DNA of 64,000 bases from Spirochaetota bacterium. GTDB lineage: Bacteria; Spirochaetota; Spirochaetia; JABEVK01. Position numbers and translations under genes: made by a program. Below, in pieces: positions 1 to 10,732 of the stretch (position 1 is the stretch's first letter; each line of letters begins with the position of its first letter). Below the pieces are notes generated by a model that saw only the letters and a program-made list of their open reading frames with translations, did not search any database and was not told the origin of the DNA. The stretch is taken from the NCBI GenBank assembly GCA_020049045.1, contig JAIFLN010000101.1:2117-66116 (forward strand), given 5' to 3'.

Positions 1-144
1 GCCATCTGTTGAAGATGTTCCGGCAACTGTATTGGGGGCCTTGGGCTGTTCTTTGGGGTAAAAGAAGAACAGGCCAACAACGACCACCAAGGTCAGGGCA
101 GCCAGCGCCACGAGAAGAATAATCATACCTTTACTGTTTTTCAT
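1..144 (-). CDS. Membrane-anchored protein, N-terminal part only (probable SPOR-domain cell-division protein), runs off the window edge
   Basis: ATG at 144 overlaps the coaE end, with upstream AGAGGA. Reads MKNSKGMIILLVALAALTLVVVGLFFFTPKEQPKAP... (one TM helix, then a Pro/Thr linker). The SPOR call rests only on recalled spirochaete polA-coaE-SPOR synteny. Confidence 0.6.
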   Translation of the reverse strand, partial: MKNSKGMIILLVALAALTLVVVVGLFFFYPKEQPKAPNTVAGTSSTDG

Positions 145-694
145 GAGTGTCCTCTTTGAGCCGGTCTTCCAGCATCCTTCGGGCTTCTTCGGGAGAGCTC
201 CGGTTGTCCACAATCAGAATATCGACATCCCCGGAAAATACCTGAGGACTGAGTTTTCGTTGGGCCAAAATCCGATGCAAAATTCGCATCCAAGGCCAGC
301 CATCCCGGGCTCTTGCTCTCATAACACGCACCAGTAGGGGTGCTCGGACCCATACGATGAGGTCGCAAAGCCTATAGAGCCCCAGTTTATGCAGCAGGGC
401 AGCATTAATTACAGTGTTAGGGGCTCCCTCAGCTAGGTGTTTTCGTATCTCGCTGTTTATCCATGGGTGACTGATTGCCTCGAGGTCAGCAAGTGCCTGT
501 GGGTTGGAGAAAACCAGGCGACCCAACACGGCTCGCTCGAGAGTTCCGAACCGGGCAAGAACCGCCTCACGATTGGCATCAAGAGCTTGATGCCCCAACT
601 TGTCGGCGTCGATCACCGCAAACCCGCGTTTGACAAAGTACGGAAGCAGGGTGTCCTTTCCCGAGCAGGCTTTTCCGGCTAACCCAACGATCAA
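131..694 (-). CDS. coaE: Dephospho-CoA kinase
   Basis: N-terminal GLAGKACSGKD P-loop, IDADKLGH, LEAISHP and terminal IVDN motifs; overlaps the polA stop. Confidence 0.93.
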   Translation of the reverse strand: MIVGLAGKACSGKDTLLPYFVKRGFAVIDADKLGHQALDANREAVLARFGTLERAVLGRLVFSNPQALADLEAISHPWINSEIRKHLAEGAPNTVINAALLHKLGLYRLCDLIVWVRAPLLVRVMRARARDGWPWMRILHRILAQRKLSPQVFSGDVDILIVDNRSSPEEARRMLEDRLKEDTHEKQ

Positions 695-3486
695 TGCAGC
701 TCACCCCAGTTGGCACCAGCCTCAATTCCAACCCGAAGGGGAACAGACAAGGCAAAGGCACCCTCCATCTCACGACGCAACAGTTGCTTCACGGCCTCAA
801 CTTCCTCCTTGGGAACCTCGAGGAGCAGCTCATCATGGACTTGCAACAATAATTTTGCCCGGAAATTTCCCCGCTGTAAGGCAAGATCGACCCGCAGCAT
901 GGCAGTCTTCACAATATCGGCTGCGCTTCCCTGTATGGGAGTGTTCATAGCGATTCGTTCGGCAGCCTGCTTCTCCACACGGTTACGGCCTGTAATATTG
1001 GCTAACGTTCTCCGGTGACCTAAAATTGTTTTTACCTCCCCTGTCTTTTCGGCCTCAGAAATCACCGTTTGAAAAAACGAATCAACACCGGAAAACTCCC
1101 GCTTGTAGGCGTCAAAAAAGGATTGAGCCTCCTTGCGGGAGACTTTAAGTTCATTGGCAAGCCGGAACGCGGACATGCCATACATCAAACCAAAGTTGAT
1201 CGCTTTGGCTGCCCTACGCATGTCTGAGGTGACCTGCTCCTCCGGGATGACAAACATCAATGAGGCTGTCTGCCTGTGAATATCTTTCCCTTCCCGAAAA
1301 GCGGCAAGCAGGTTGGGGTCCTGGCAAAGATGGGCCAAGACAACTAACTCGATCTGGCTGTAATCCGCCGAAACAAAGGTCCAGCCATCTCTCGGGACGA
1401 AAGCCCGCCGGATACGGCGGCCATCTTCCTCTCGAATTGGGATATTCTGAAGGTTGGGATCCTTGCTGGCGATCCGCCCTGTTGCCGTACCCGTTTGGAT
1501 ATACTGAGTATGCAGTCTTCCGGTCAGTTTATTGACCAATAACGGCAGGGTCTCAACATAGGTGCTTTTCAGTTTGCTCAAGGTCCGCCAGGCAAGTATT
1601 TTTGCCGGAACAGGATCCTGTTCTGCCAGTTCTTCCAGTATATCGGAGTCAGTGGAATAGCCAGTCTTGATTTTGGCTCGTCCCGGTGGAACGAGCTGCC
1701 GGTCGACATACAGGATATCTTGAAGCTGTTTGGGTGAACCCAGATTAAAAGTTTTTCCTCCGCAAAGGGCGAATATTTCCGTTTCCAGGTCGGCAATCCT
1801 CAGCACCAGTTCTTGACCGAATGACCGGAGCTCCTCACTTCGGAGAAGAATCCCCTCATCCTCCATGCGGGCTAAAAGGTGAGCGAGTGGCAGCTCCAGG
1901 TCAATAAGAAGCGAGGTGAGGCCGGCAACTTCCAGCTTTGGTGCGAGTTCTTTGTACAGACGCCAGGTCAGGTCGGCATCCTCAGCAGCGTATCGGCTTG
2001 CTGATTCCAAAGGAACGTCGGCAAAAGTCTTGCCTTTCGCCACCAGATCACCGAACGAGACACCCCTCACACCAAGATAGTTGATTCCAAGAGTCTCGAG
2101 GCCATAAAGGCCGGCACCGGCATCAAGAAGCCAAGCGGCAAGCATCGTATCGAACCCAAACCTCGGCACCGTAATGCCATGACGGCGCAGTACTTTCCAG
2201 TCGAATTTGAAATTCTGACCGATGATCCGAAAAGTTGGATCCTCAAACAACGGCTTCAAGCGGGCCAAAACCACTTTCGATTCCAAGAGGTCGGGAGCTT
2301 CCAGTGAACCAGATTCTAAGCAAAGCAGCGGCACATACGCAGCCTCACCCACGGCACAAGAAAGGGAAATTCCAACGATGCGTGCGGCAAAGGTATCGAG
2401 TGTATCCGTTTCCAGGTCGACAGCACCCTCGCCAGAGGCTCTAAGCCTGGCTATCCAAGAATCGAGAGCTTCGAGGGTCACAATGGTCTGGTAGGTTCCA
2501 GTCAGGACGGATGGACCAGCGGGTTTGGCAGGTGCTTCCGCCGCAAAATGCACTTCAGGATTCGGTATATGCAGAGGTTTCGTGCGTTCACCAGAAAGGG
2601 CCAGGGCCTCAGCTGCCAGACCTTTGGCATTTTGCTTGATAAAAAGATCGGCAGCTTCTCGGCCTGGTTTCCAGGCAAGAGCTGTCGTATCCAGGGAAAA
2701 ACCTAGGTCAAGGTCATCCCGTAGAATTGTCAGACTCTTGCTCAGGCGAGCGGAGTCCCGACCTTCCTCCAGGTTCTTTTTCAGTGCAACCTTGGTGATC
2801 TTTTCGAGGTTTTCATAAACCCCTTCTAGGCTTCCAAAATCCGTCAACAACTGGATTGCGGTCTTATCCCCAATTCCCTTGACACCAGGAATGTTGTCAG
2901 CCGTATCTCCGACGAGGGCCAGCCAGTCGGCGATCTGATGTGGATGGACACCCCTTGTCTCGAACACCTCTTCAGGACCAACCACCGTCCAACCACCCTT
3001 GAATCCGCTCCGAAGAGCCTTGACGCTCCCCCCCACCATCTGCAGCAAATCTTTGTCGTTGCTGACGATGAGACAGTCTACCTCGTGCTCTCGGCACCAC
3101 TTGGCACCTGTGGCAATAAGATCGTCTGCCTCGAACCCGTCTTTTTGCATAACCGGAACCCCTAGAGCCGCCAGGAGGGCTTCTATCTCAGGCAAGACAG
3201 CCAGAAGATCGTCAGGCGCAGAGTCCCGATGAGCCTTGTATTCAGCAAAAAGCTCATCGCGGAAGGTGGGGGTACGAGAATCATACATCACAACCAAATG
3301 GGTAGGTTTTTGATCGCGGGCCAGCTGGAAAAGGGTTTTGAAGAAACCAAAAAAAGCATTGATATTCTTGCCTTCGCCATTGAGGATGGGTCGATCAGCA
3401 AATGCGTGATAGGCACGAAAAATGAGACCAAAAGCATCAAGGAGGAGGACTTTGGGACCAGCGTCACCGGGGTTGTTCATGCCCAC
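691..3486 (-). CDS. polA: DNA polymerase I (5'-3' exonuclease, 3'-5' exonuclease, polymerase); start may be ATG 3480
   Basis: LLLDAFGLIFRAYHA, EADD, GDTADNIPGVKGIG, Exo motifs VDLETD/NFKFD/YAAEDA, motif A ADYSQIEL, motif B RRAAKAINFGLMYG, motif C LQVHDEL. Confidence 0.98.
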   Translation of the reverse strand: MGMNNPGDAGPKVLLLDAFGLIFRAYHAFADRPILNGEGKNINAFFGFFKTLFQLARDQKPTHLVVMYDSRTPTFRDELFAEYKAHRDSAPDDLLAVLPEIEALLAALGVPVMQKDGFEADDLIATGAKWCREHEVDCLIVSNDKDLLQMVGGSVKALRSGFKGGWTVVGPEEVFETRGVHPHQIADWLALVGDTADNIPGVKGIGDKTAIQLLTDFGSLEGVYENLEKITKVALKKNLEEGRDSARLSKSLTILRDDLDLGFSLDTTALAWKPGREAADLFIKQNAKGLAAEALALSGERTKPLHIPNPEVHFAAEAPAKPAGPSVLTGTYQTIVTLEALDSWIARLRASGEGAVDLETDTLDTFAARIVGISLSCAVGEAAYVPLLCLESGSLEAPDLLESKVVLARLKPLFEDPTFRIIGQNFKFDWKVLRRHGITVPRFGFDTMLAAWLLDAGAGLYGLETLGINYLGVRGVSFGDLVAKGKTFADVPLESASRYAAEDADLTWRLYKELAPKLEVAGLTSLLIDLELPLAHLLARMEDEGILLRSEELRSFGQELVLRIADLETEIFALCGGKTFNLGSPKQLQDILYVDRQLVPPGRAKIKTGYSTDSDILEELAEQDPVPAKILAWRTLSKLKSTYVETLPLLVNKLTGRLHTQYIQTGTATGRIASKDPNLQNIPIREEDGRRIRRAFVPRDGWTFVSADYSQIELVVLAHLCQDPNLLAAFREGKDIHRQTASLMFVIPEEQVTSDMRRAAKAINFGLMYGMSAFRLANELKVSRKEAQSFFDAYKREFSGVDSFFQTVISEAEKTGEVKTILGHRRTLANITGRNRVEKQAAERIAMNTPIQGSAADIVKTAMLRVDLALQRGNFRAKLLLQVHDELLLEVPKEEVEAVKQLLRREMEGAFALSVPLRVGIEAGANWGELH

Positions 3487-3498
3487 AGTGTACGTCGT

Positions 3499-3969
3499 TT
3501 ACGTGGTGATGTCGACCAGAACCGAGGCCGACCTGGCACCGGCATAGGGGTTGCGGCTGCGGACCTGGGGCCTTACCCGCACCATCTCCATTTCAAGGAG
3601 GGCCATGGATCGGGACAACAAACCTCGGTTTTCCAGACTTTTTTCCTGAACCTGATCCTTAAGGCTCTTTAGCGAAGAACGCAAATCGTTGACATCGTGG
3701 TCAGCAGGCCCGTGATAGGCCTCTTGAAGTACCGCTTCCAAAGGATCAATGCACTTCTGAATCGCATGGATATCGACCATCAGCTCTTCTTCCAGCGCAA
3801 CCTGGGCACGAAGGTTGTCGACAGCATCTTGTTCAATGCTAGTCTTTTCTGCGTCGAGCACTTTCAGGTAAGTGTGAAATTTCTCTCTCTGCTGGGCAAG
3901 GGTAGCTTTCAGCCTCTTGAGGAGAGCGACACGCTTATCCACTTCTTCCTTGGTCAGGGTCAACGTCAT
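3499..3969 (-). CDS. flgN: FlgN-like flagellar export chaperone
   Basis: 156-aa all-helical coiled-coil protein ending ...RNPY...SVLVDITT; 3 bp downstream of fliS. Confidence 0.65.
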   Translation of the reverse strand: MTLTLTKEEVDKRVALLKRLKATLAQQREKFHTYLKVLDAEKTSIEQDAVDNLRAQVALEEELMVDIHAIQKCIDPLEAVLQEAYHGPADHDVNDLRSSLKSLKDQVQEKSLENRGLLSRSMALLEMEMVRVRPQVRSRNPYAGARSASVLVDITT

Positions 3970-3972
3970 AGC

Positions 3973-4401
3973 TTACCCCGCAATGTTGACGCCAGGCCTG
4001 GAAGCCGGCAACTCTTCTACCCTGGAATTCGCAATTTGAATCCAAGCAGATCGCAGGTCAGCCACAAAAGCCCTCACCTGAATCAAAGGCTCGGGATCCT
4101 TCTTCAAGTTGCCTTCTCGAATTTTTTCATTGAAGAAGACATACAAACTCATCAAGTTCCGGGCGATTTCTCCACCACGGTCAAAATCCAGACCCGCCAT
4201 CAATTCGGTAATGATGTCCTGGGTCTTGATGAGCGAATTGTGAACCTTGTCGAGGTGCCGGGTATTGGCATTCAACAGGGAAACTGCCATGTCTAGTTGC
4301 TTGACCGCTTCGTCGTAGAGCATGACGATGAGCTTCCCCTGGGTTGCGGTTCGAACCGAAACCTCCCGGTACGCGTTCAACGGGTTTTTCAAAACACTCA
4401 T
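3973..4401 (-). CDS. fliS: Flagellin export chaperone FliS
   Basis: NAYREVSVRTATQGKLIVMLYDEA, QDIITELMAGLDFDRGGEIARNLMSLY, LRSAW; SD GAGGAGGGG. Confidence 0.95.
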   Translation of the reverse strand: MSVLKNPLNAYREVSVRTATQGKLIVMLYDEAVKQLDMAVSLLNANTRHLDKVHNSLIKTQDIITELMAGLDFDRGGEIARNLMSLYVFFNEKIREGNLKKDPEPLIQVRAFVADLRSAWIQIANSRVEELPASRPGVNIAG

Positions 4402-4436
4402 GCTTCCCCTCCTCTCTGCCTTGATGCTTCCCTTTT

Positions 4437-4464
4437 ATCTCGGCGGAAAAGGGTCCGCCCTTGA
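4437..4464 (-). promoter_or_regulatory. Sigma28 (FliA) promoter of fliS
   Basis: Minus strand reads TCAA-N16-GCCGAGAT, close to the sigma28 consensus (TAAA/TCAA-N15/16-GCCGATAA), upstream of a late flagellar gene. Confidence 0.65.
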
Positions 4465-4471
4465 GGACTGG

Positions 4472-6751
4472 TCATGGTCGGGAGTGATCCATCAATTGGG
4501 AAACGGTCACTCCGCGATATCCGGCTTCAACCAGGCCATTCAGCAGAAGATCCCATCGGGTGAAAAAGCTTTCACCGGTTGTACTATCTTTCATCCCCAG
4601 GGTCAAGGGGACGATGGAGCCTGGCTTTTTGGCCTTGAGAACCGATTCAATCAGTGTTGGAACATCGACGACTCTTCCCGCATTCAAAGCAAAGGCCAAA
4701 TCCGTTCCAACGGTCTTGTAGTTGGCAGCCTTGGCGCCTGCAGAAAGCGCAGGGCCTTCAACCCAGCCGGGTGCATGCCAAAGGAGTCCCAGTTCTTTCC
4801 CCGTGGCGGCAAACCAATCGTCTTCCTGACGTGCTAAACCTTGCCGGACAAAAGACGCATCGATAATGAAGCCCGGCGCTGTTAAATCCAGAGGAATATG
4901 AAACAGGTTGGCAGTTTCGTGCCCACCGTCTGCGATCTCTTTGGCCGCTTGGGGATTCCGTCTCAGAAATTCTCCATTGATAAAGAAAGTGGCTTTGAAA
5001 CCCCAGTCCCGCAAAGCGCGCAGAACTTCCGGTAGACCTTCCGAAGAATCAAGAGCATCGATCGCTAAACCGACTTCCCGCAAGCGCAACCGGGAACCGT
5101 GGCGGAAGGGCGAATCGATACCGTCACCTGTCGGATCTTCCGGTCCTGATTCCACTAATGGAAAGGCCTCATACAGCTTCTGGGGAGGTGGAAGCAAAGG
5201 TTTGGTTGTAAGGGCTTTCAGATTACGGATCAGAAGGGTGTTTCGATAAGGACCAGAAGGGAGATCCGAGGCAAAGGCACGATACGAGGAATTGGCCGTT
5301 TGAGCCTCGAGGAATTTGAAGTCGGAAGGAGAGACTTTCCAATAAGAGGAACTGGTTCCCACCGGAGGTTGCCAAACGTACCATGTCGCACCCTGCCTTC
5401 CGACCAACTGCCCCCCCTCAATCGTCCCTACCTGGTCAAAGTTCCCAATGAGCAGAGTCCGAACGACACCTTCGACAAAATTGATCGATACAGTAGCAGC
5501 GCGTCCCGTTGCTAGAATTGTCGTCGCATCTTTCCAGACGGCGGCGACCAGTCCATCGAGCGCATAGGCTTTCCGCTCGGCGAAGGTTGTCACATCACGT
5601 ACCGAAACTCCCTCTTTACGGACAAGCAGAATCAAGCTTTCATCAGCAGATGGAGCTAAATCAAGAACAGCTCCAACGCCGGCATCCAAAGTCTGGACAG
5701 ACGTGGATGAAAGTCGCAAGACCTGGGTCTCTTCCCGCCCGCCCTTGAGGGCCGACGCCAAAAGTGTAATCTTATTGTCCTTTGTCCAGATAACCTTTTT
5801 TAGGGAAAGATTTTGAGGAAGAGGAAGATAGGTCAGCGGTACCAGTTTTGCATTCTGGTAAAAATCCAAATACTCGAGAGGGTAGACAAAAAGAGTTCTC
5901 CCTCCCAGATTGAAAAGAACCGATTTGCTGTCAGGGGAGAGCCAAAACCGATCGAGAGCAGGTCGGAAAGGAAAAGGAAGTTTTCCAACAATGCCCCAAG
6001 TCTGAAACTGGGCTCGGTAGAGACTTCTGGTGAAAAACTCTTCAGGAAGAATGCGGTAAAGAATCTGATCAACAACATAGTTGAGTTCGCCGGTTCCACC
6101 CCAGGTGATACTGCTCAAAAGACCAGGACCGATCTTTCTTAAACTTTCCTCGGGGATACGCTTCTCTTTCAATTGTTTCAGCGAGAAGTAATAGAGGTTG
6201 CCTTTCTTTTCATAAACAAAGAATTGTCCGTCAGGAGACCATAGTGCCGGCAACGTTTGGTAGGACAAATCAATTCCCGTTGAGATGACTGTGGGAGCCA
6301 GAGTTGAGATATCTCGCAGCTCAAGAGAACCTGAGACGGACGAGGTTGTCTGGAAACCCAGAACCGAACGTCCATCAGGAGAGTATGCCAATGGAAGTGG
6401 CTTCCCCTCACCTGCACCAGGGTCCTGTCCAAACACCTGTGGTGCAACAGGTGTTACTTTGAAGGAAACGGGATCAACCCTCCAAATTCCAAACCGGTTC
6501 TGAATCTGAAGCTGCCCAAGGGACGCCAGGTAGGTTGCCGATTCCGGGTAGAACGTCATCGGTTCTGGGGGTGTTCCAGCGGCCAAATCGGCACGGAACC
6601 ATACTTGGTAATCGCTTCCAAACGTTGTGGTATTGCGGGCCGAAAAAAGCAAACGAGATTGTGAATCGAGATCCAGACCCGAAAAAACCACCTCGGCGGT
6701 GAGGGGCGCGAGCGTCAGGAACCCAATAACGAGGCAGACCAGGGTCTTCAT
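4472..6751 (-). CDS. Exported beta-propeller protein with C-terminal polysaccharide deacetylase (CE4/NodB)-like domain
   Basis: Likely start MKTLVCLVIGFLTLAPLTA (signal peptide) at 6751. Has WSPDG/YSPDG/LSPDS propeller repeats and C-terminal KATFFINGE...GHETAN...KPGSIV NodB-fold motifs. Confidence 0.8.
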   Translation of the reverse strand: MKTLVCLVIGFLTLAPLTAEVVFSGLDLDSQSRLLFSARNTTTFGSDYQVWFRADLAAGTPPEPMTFYPESATYLASLGQLQIQNRFGIWRVDPVSFKVTPVAPQVFGQDPGAGEGKPLPLAYSPDGRSVLGFQTTSSVSGSLELRDISTLAPTVISTGIDLSYQTLPALWSPDGQFFVYEKKGNLYYFSLKQLKEKRIPEESLRKIGPGLLSSITWGGTGELNYVVDQILYRILPEEFFTRSLYRAQFQTWGIVGKLPFPFRPALDRFWLSPDSKSVLFNLGGRTLFVYPLEYLDFYQNAKLVPLTYLPLPQNLSLKKVIWTKDNKITLLASALKGGREETQVLRLSSTSVQTLDAGVGAVLDLAPSADESLILLVRKEGVSVRDVTTFAERKAYALDGLVAAVWKDATTILATGRAATVSINFVEGVVRTLLIGNFDQVGTIEGGQLVGRQGATWYVWQPPVGTSSSYWKVSPSDFKFLEAQTANSSYRAFASDLPSGPYRNTLLIRNLKALTTKPLLPPPQKLYEAFPLVESGPEDPTGDGIDSPFRHGSRLRLREVGLAIDALDSSEGLPEVLRALRDWGFKATFFINGEFLRRNPQAAKEIADGGHETANLFHIPLDLTAPGFIIDASFVRQGLARQEDDWFAATGKELGLLWHAPGWVEGPALSAGAKAANYKTVGTDLAFALNAGRVVDVPTLIESVLKAKKPGSIVPLTLGMKDSTTGESFFTRWDLLLNGLVEAGYRGVTVSQLMDHSRP

Positions 6752-6758
6752 GGTACCT

Positions 6759-7019
6759 TTATCGGCAGGATGCCCGAGGATCTTTCCTTTGTTCTTCGAG
6801 AAACAGTCCCAGTCCCTCATCCAGAAGTTCCAGCCGCGACAACAACAACCCAAGACGGTAACGATTGTTTCTCCGCTCCATTTCCACGAGCGGCTGAAGG
6901 CATTTGTCCAAAAGAATCTCCAAATCTGGAGAGCGGGCCAAATCTTCGCCACATTGGGGACAATACAGATAGTGGGGGGGGACCACTTGGTTGCAACCGG
7001 GGCAGAAGCGAACTTCCAT
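6759..7019 (-). CDS. Small zinc-ribbon protein
   Basis: CPGC-x10-CPQCG followed by an amphipathic helical tail; 4 bp after the lon stop. Confidence 0.7.
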   Translation of the reverse strand: MEVRFCPGCNQVVPPHYLYCPQCGEDLARSPDLEILLDKCLQPLVEMERRNNRYRLGLLLSRLELLDEGLGLFLEEQRKDPRASCR

Positions 7020-7023
7020 ACCC

Positions 7024-9447
7024 TTATTCTAGGACACGGTTTGCCGATTTCCAACCTATTTCTCCAGGAAACGTTCCATTGGGAAATAGCTGGGGCAAGG
7101 CTTCCGCCACGGAAGAGGCAAACAAGAATTGTGAGCCTTTTACAGCCTCTTCAGGAACTTCCTCCAAATCCCGTCGGTTGTCTTCTGGCAAAAAGATCCG
7201 GTTCAAACCCCGGCGATGCGCGGCCAGAACTTTTTCCTTGACCCCTCCAATGGGGAGGACCCGACCCGTCAATGTGACTTCACCGGTCATTGCTGTGCCA
7301 GGTATAAGAGGAACACTTCGGAAGGCACTCAAGAGTGACGCGATCACTGTGATTCCAGCCGAAGGACCGTCTTTCGGGATGGCGCCTTCCGGAAAGTGGA
7401 TATGAATATCCTTATCCTTCGAAAACTCGGCTTCCAGTCCCCATTGGGATCCATGCGCTTTGAGGTAGCTGAGGGCAATCCTCGCAGATTCTTTCATGAC
7501 ATCACCCAGACTGCCCGTCAGGATCAACTCCCCTTTGCCTGGAAAGAGGCTCACTTCTACCGAGAGAACTTTTCCTCCGACTTCGGTCCAGGCCAAGCCG
7601 TTGGCAACCCCCGGACGAGGTTCAGCCAGCGATTTGTCGTCCCGCCAGAGCGGCAACCCCAAATCAGCCTTCACCTGATCTTCAGAAACCTGCAGGGAAA
7701 GCGGTTCAGCAGCCTCGTCGGGAGACAACTTCCCCTCTTCCAGGAGTCGGCGGACAGTCTTGCGCAACACCGAAGCAATCTGCCTCTCCAAACCACGCAC
7801 ACCTGACTCGGCAGTATAACGATGAATGATCGTTTGAAGAGCCTCAGGGGTGAAGGTGACCTGATGGCTTTTCAGCCCGTTTTCTCGCACTTGTTTGGGG
7901 ACAATAAACCCTTCTGCGATTTTTTGCTTTTCCACATCGGTGTAACCTGGCACTTCGATCACTTCCATCCGGTCCTGCAAGGGTCGGGGAATCGTATGAA
8001 GGCTGTTGGCCGTTGTTATGAATAACACGTCAGAAAGGTCGTAGGGCACTTCCAGATAATGGTCGGTAAAGGTGGAATTCTGTTCCGGATCGAGGACTTC
8101 CAGAAGAGCAGCAGCAGGATCACCCCGGAAGTCACTGGTCATCTTGTCGATTTCATCCAAAAGAAACACAGGATTGGAAGTGCCGGCCTTCTTCATACTC
8201 TGCACGATCTTTCCGGGAAGAGCTCCGACATAGGTCTTGCGGTGACCACGTATTTCCGCCTCATCCCGCACGCCGCCCAAGCTGATCCGGACGAACTGTC
8301 GGCCCAAAGCTCGAGCGACAGAACGCCCAAGACTGGTCTTGCCAGTCCCTGGTGGACCGACCAGGCAGAGAATGGGTCCTTTTAGTCGGTCAGCCACCCG
8401 CCGAACAGCCAGAAAATCCAAAATACGCTGTTTGACCTTCTTCATGTCAAAGTGGTCTTCGTCCAGCACGGCCTCTGCTGCAGTGATCGAGGACTGATCT
8501 TCTGTTTTTTTTCCCCAAGGAAGATCGGTGATCCACTCTAGATAGGTTCGCAGTATGCCCGATTCTGGAGTTGTCGCCTGAAGGCGGGCCAGTCGGTTGC
8601 ATTCCTTAAGAGCCTTGTCTTTGACATCCTGCGGTGCATCGAGCGCTTCCACCCGGCGCTTCAGGTCAATGGCACCTGTCGGATCGCCGTCGTCATGCCC
8701 AAGCTCTTTGTGAATTTCTTTCAGCTGTTCGTTGAGATAATATTCCCGCTGGTTCTGCTCGAGCCGCCCCTTCACTTTCTTGTGAATTTCCTGTTGCAGT
8801 CCAGCAAGCTCGTGTTCCACCTGGATGGTGACAGCTAAATTCTCGAGGCGAACCAACGACCGGGTTTCCAGGAAAAATTCCAACTTTTTCTCATCGGTCA
8901 AATTCAGATGGGGGACCAAAAGGTCGACCAAGGCATCGGGCTTGTCTGTTTCCCACAAAACGGCAAGTTTCTCTTTGGACAATTTCGCCTGAAGATCTTT
9001 ATAGGCCTTCAGTGTCGTCAGGACCACCTGAGTCAGACTAAGAACTTCATTTTTGACGACGGCATTCTGCTCCAGCGGCTGTATCTCCGCACGGACGTAG
9101 TCAGTTCTCGCCTGGTACTTGACCAGCTTGGCCCTTTCGCGGCCTTCCACCAGAACACGGACCGTGCCATCGGGAAGCTTCAGAGTTTGAAGAATCCCCG
9201 CGACGACACCCAGGCTATGAAGATCACTTTCTGCAGGGATATCATCTTTTGTTTTTTGCGGAACAAGGAAGATTTCCTGCCCTTCAGCCAAAGCGACTTC
9301 GAGCGCTTTGATGCTGTTTCCCTTTCCTGCAAAAAAAGGAGCCACCATTTGTGGAAAGACAAGGACATCCTTGACGGCAAGAAGCGGCAAATCTTTCTTC
9401 AGGGGTTTTGCCCGGGGAAGACCCAGCATGGGGAAACTAGCCAGCAA
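7024..9447 (-). CDS. lon: Lon protease (start may be ATG 9429)
   Basis: LON N-domain, Walker [16 protein letters not shown], catalytic PKDGPSAG and GGVKEK. Confidence 0.97.
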   Translation of the reverse strand: MLASFPMLGLPRAKPLKKDLPLLAVKDVLVFPQMVAPFFAGKGNSIKALEVALAEGQEIFLVPQKTKDDIPAESDLHSLGVVAGILQTLKLPDGTVRVLVEGRERAKLVKYQARTDYVRAEIQPLEQNAVVKNEVLSLTQVVLTTLKAYKDLQAKLSKEKLAVLWETDKPDALVDLLVPHLNLTDEKKLEFFLETRSLVRLENLAVTIQVEHELAGLQQEIHKKVKGRLEQNQREYYLNEQLKEIHKELGHDDGDPTGAIDLKRRVEALDAPQDVKDKALKECNRLARLQATTPESGILRTYLEWITDLPWGKKTEDQSSITAAEAVLDEDHFDMKKVKQRILDFLAVRRVADRLKGPILCLVGPPGTGKTSLGRSVARALGRQFVRISLGGVRDEAEIRGHRKTYVGALPGKIVQSMKKAGTSNPVFLLDEIDKMTSDFRGDPAAALLEVLDPEQNSTFTDHYLEVPYDLSDVLFITTANSLHTIPRPLQDRMEVIEVPGYTDVEKQKIAEGFIVPKQVRENGLKSHQVTFTPEALQTIIHRYTAESGVRGLERQIASVLRKTVRRLLEEGKLSPDEAAEPLSLQVSEDQVKADLGLPLWRDDKSLAEPRPGVANGLAWTEVGGKVLSVEVSLFPGKGELILTGSLGDVMKESARIALSYLKAHGSQWGLEAEFSKDKDIHIHFPEGAIPKDGPSAGITVIASLLSAFRSVPLIPGTAMTGEVTLTGRVLPIGGVKEKVLAAHRRGLNRIFLPEDNRRDLEEVPEEAVKGSQFLFASSVAEALPQLFPNGTFPGEIGWKSANRVLE

Positions 9448-10732
9448 CCTTCCCGGTAAACTCGAAGAGTTCGCGCACCCAAGGTTTGTTCATTTCGAGG
9501 GGGTCAGTCATAATGACCGGCTTTCCACCTTGAGAAAACACTTCCTTGGTGATGACGACCTTTTTCTTTCCGGGGAGGGAAGGGATCTCATACATCAAGT
9601 CAAGCATGGCACCTTCCACAATCGCCCTCAAACCTCTGGCACCAGTCTTTCGGACGATGGCTTGGTCGGCGATTGCCTCGATGGCCTCGCGCTCAAAATG
9701 CAGATCGGTATTGTCTAGTTTTAAGGCCACCTGGTACTGGCGAATGATGGAATTCTTAGGCTCGGTTGTGATTCTCAGCAGATCGTCCCTGGTCAGCTCT
9801 TCAAGGCTTACCATAATGGGAAGGCGGCCGATGAACTCCGGAATCAGTCCAAACTTGATCAAGTCCTCGGGGTGAAGATTCTGAAATAACTGGTGATGCG
9901 TATCTTCTTTTTTGACCTGGACAGAGCTTCCAAAACCAAGCGCAGATTTGGCAGTTCGTCTTTGGATGATCTTGTCGAGCCCGACAAAGGCACCACCGCA
10001 AACAAACAGAATTTTTGTTGTGTCGATCTTCAGATAATCCTGGTTGGGGTGCTTACGTCCACCCTGAGGAGGGACATTGGCCTGAGTTCCCTCGATGATC
10101 TTCAAGAGAGCTTGCTGGACGCCTTCTCCACTCACGTCCCGAGTTATGGAAACGTTTTCACCCTTTTTGCTGATCTTGTCGATTTCATCGATAAAAATAA
10201 TACCGCGTTCTGCGGCTGCAATATTTCCACCGGCACTCTGAATGAGTTTCAACAGGATATTCTCAACATCCTCGCCGACATATCCGGCCTCGGTAAGGGT
10301 GGTGGCATCGGCAATGGCAAAAGGTACTTTCAACTTCTTGGCTAACGTTCGAGCAAGAAGAGTTTTTCCTGTGCCCGAAGGTCCAATGAGAAGGATATTG
10401 GATTTCTCCATTTCGACTTCATCTTCTGTTTCTGCCGCTGGGTTTCCGATTCTCTTGTAGTGGTTGTAAACCGCCACGGAAAGAACCTTCTTAGCTTCGT
10501 GCTGGCCTACGACGTACTGATCGAGAAAAGACTTCAGTTCCTTGGGGGAAGGAAGGTCCGTACCGAGATTGAACTCACCGCCTTCAGACTGCTCCTGCTC
10601 GATGATTCTTGTACAGGCACCAACGCAGTCGCTGCAGATTGCCACGCCCTCACCCGTGATCAGGCGGGTTACCTGGTTGGCGGGCCGCTTGCAGAACGAG
10701 CAGTGGTCTAGGACGTCATTTTTTCTGGCCAT
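9437..10732 (-). CDS. clpX: ATP-dependent Clp protease ATP-binding subunit ClpX
   Basis: Start [14 protein letters not shown] (Zn-binding domain) at ATG 10732; [43 protein letters not shown] loop. Confidence 0.97.
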   Translation of the reverse strand: MARKNDVLDHCSFCKRPANQVTRLITGEGVAICSDCVGACTRIIEQEQSEGGEFNLGTDLPSPKELKSFLDQYVVGQHEAKKVLSVAVYNHYKRIGNPAAETEDEVEMEKSNILLIGPSGTGKTLLARTLAKKLKVPFAIADATTLTEAGYVGEDVENILLKLIQSAGGNIAAAERGIIFIDEIDKISKKGENVSITRDVSGEGVQQALLKIIEGTQANVPPQGGRKHPNQDYLKIDTTKILFVCGGAFVGLDKIIQRRTAKSALGFGSSVQVKKEDTHHQLFQNLHPEDLIKFGLIPEFIGRLPIMVSLEELTRDDLLRITTEPKNSIIRQYQVALKLDNTDLHFEREAIEAIADQAIVRKTGARGLRAIVEGAMLDLMYEIPSLPGKKKVVITKEVFSQGGKPVIMTDPLEMNKPWVRELFEFTGKVAG

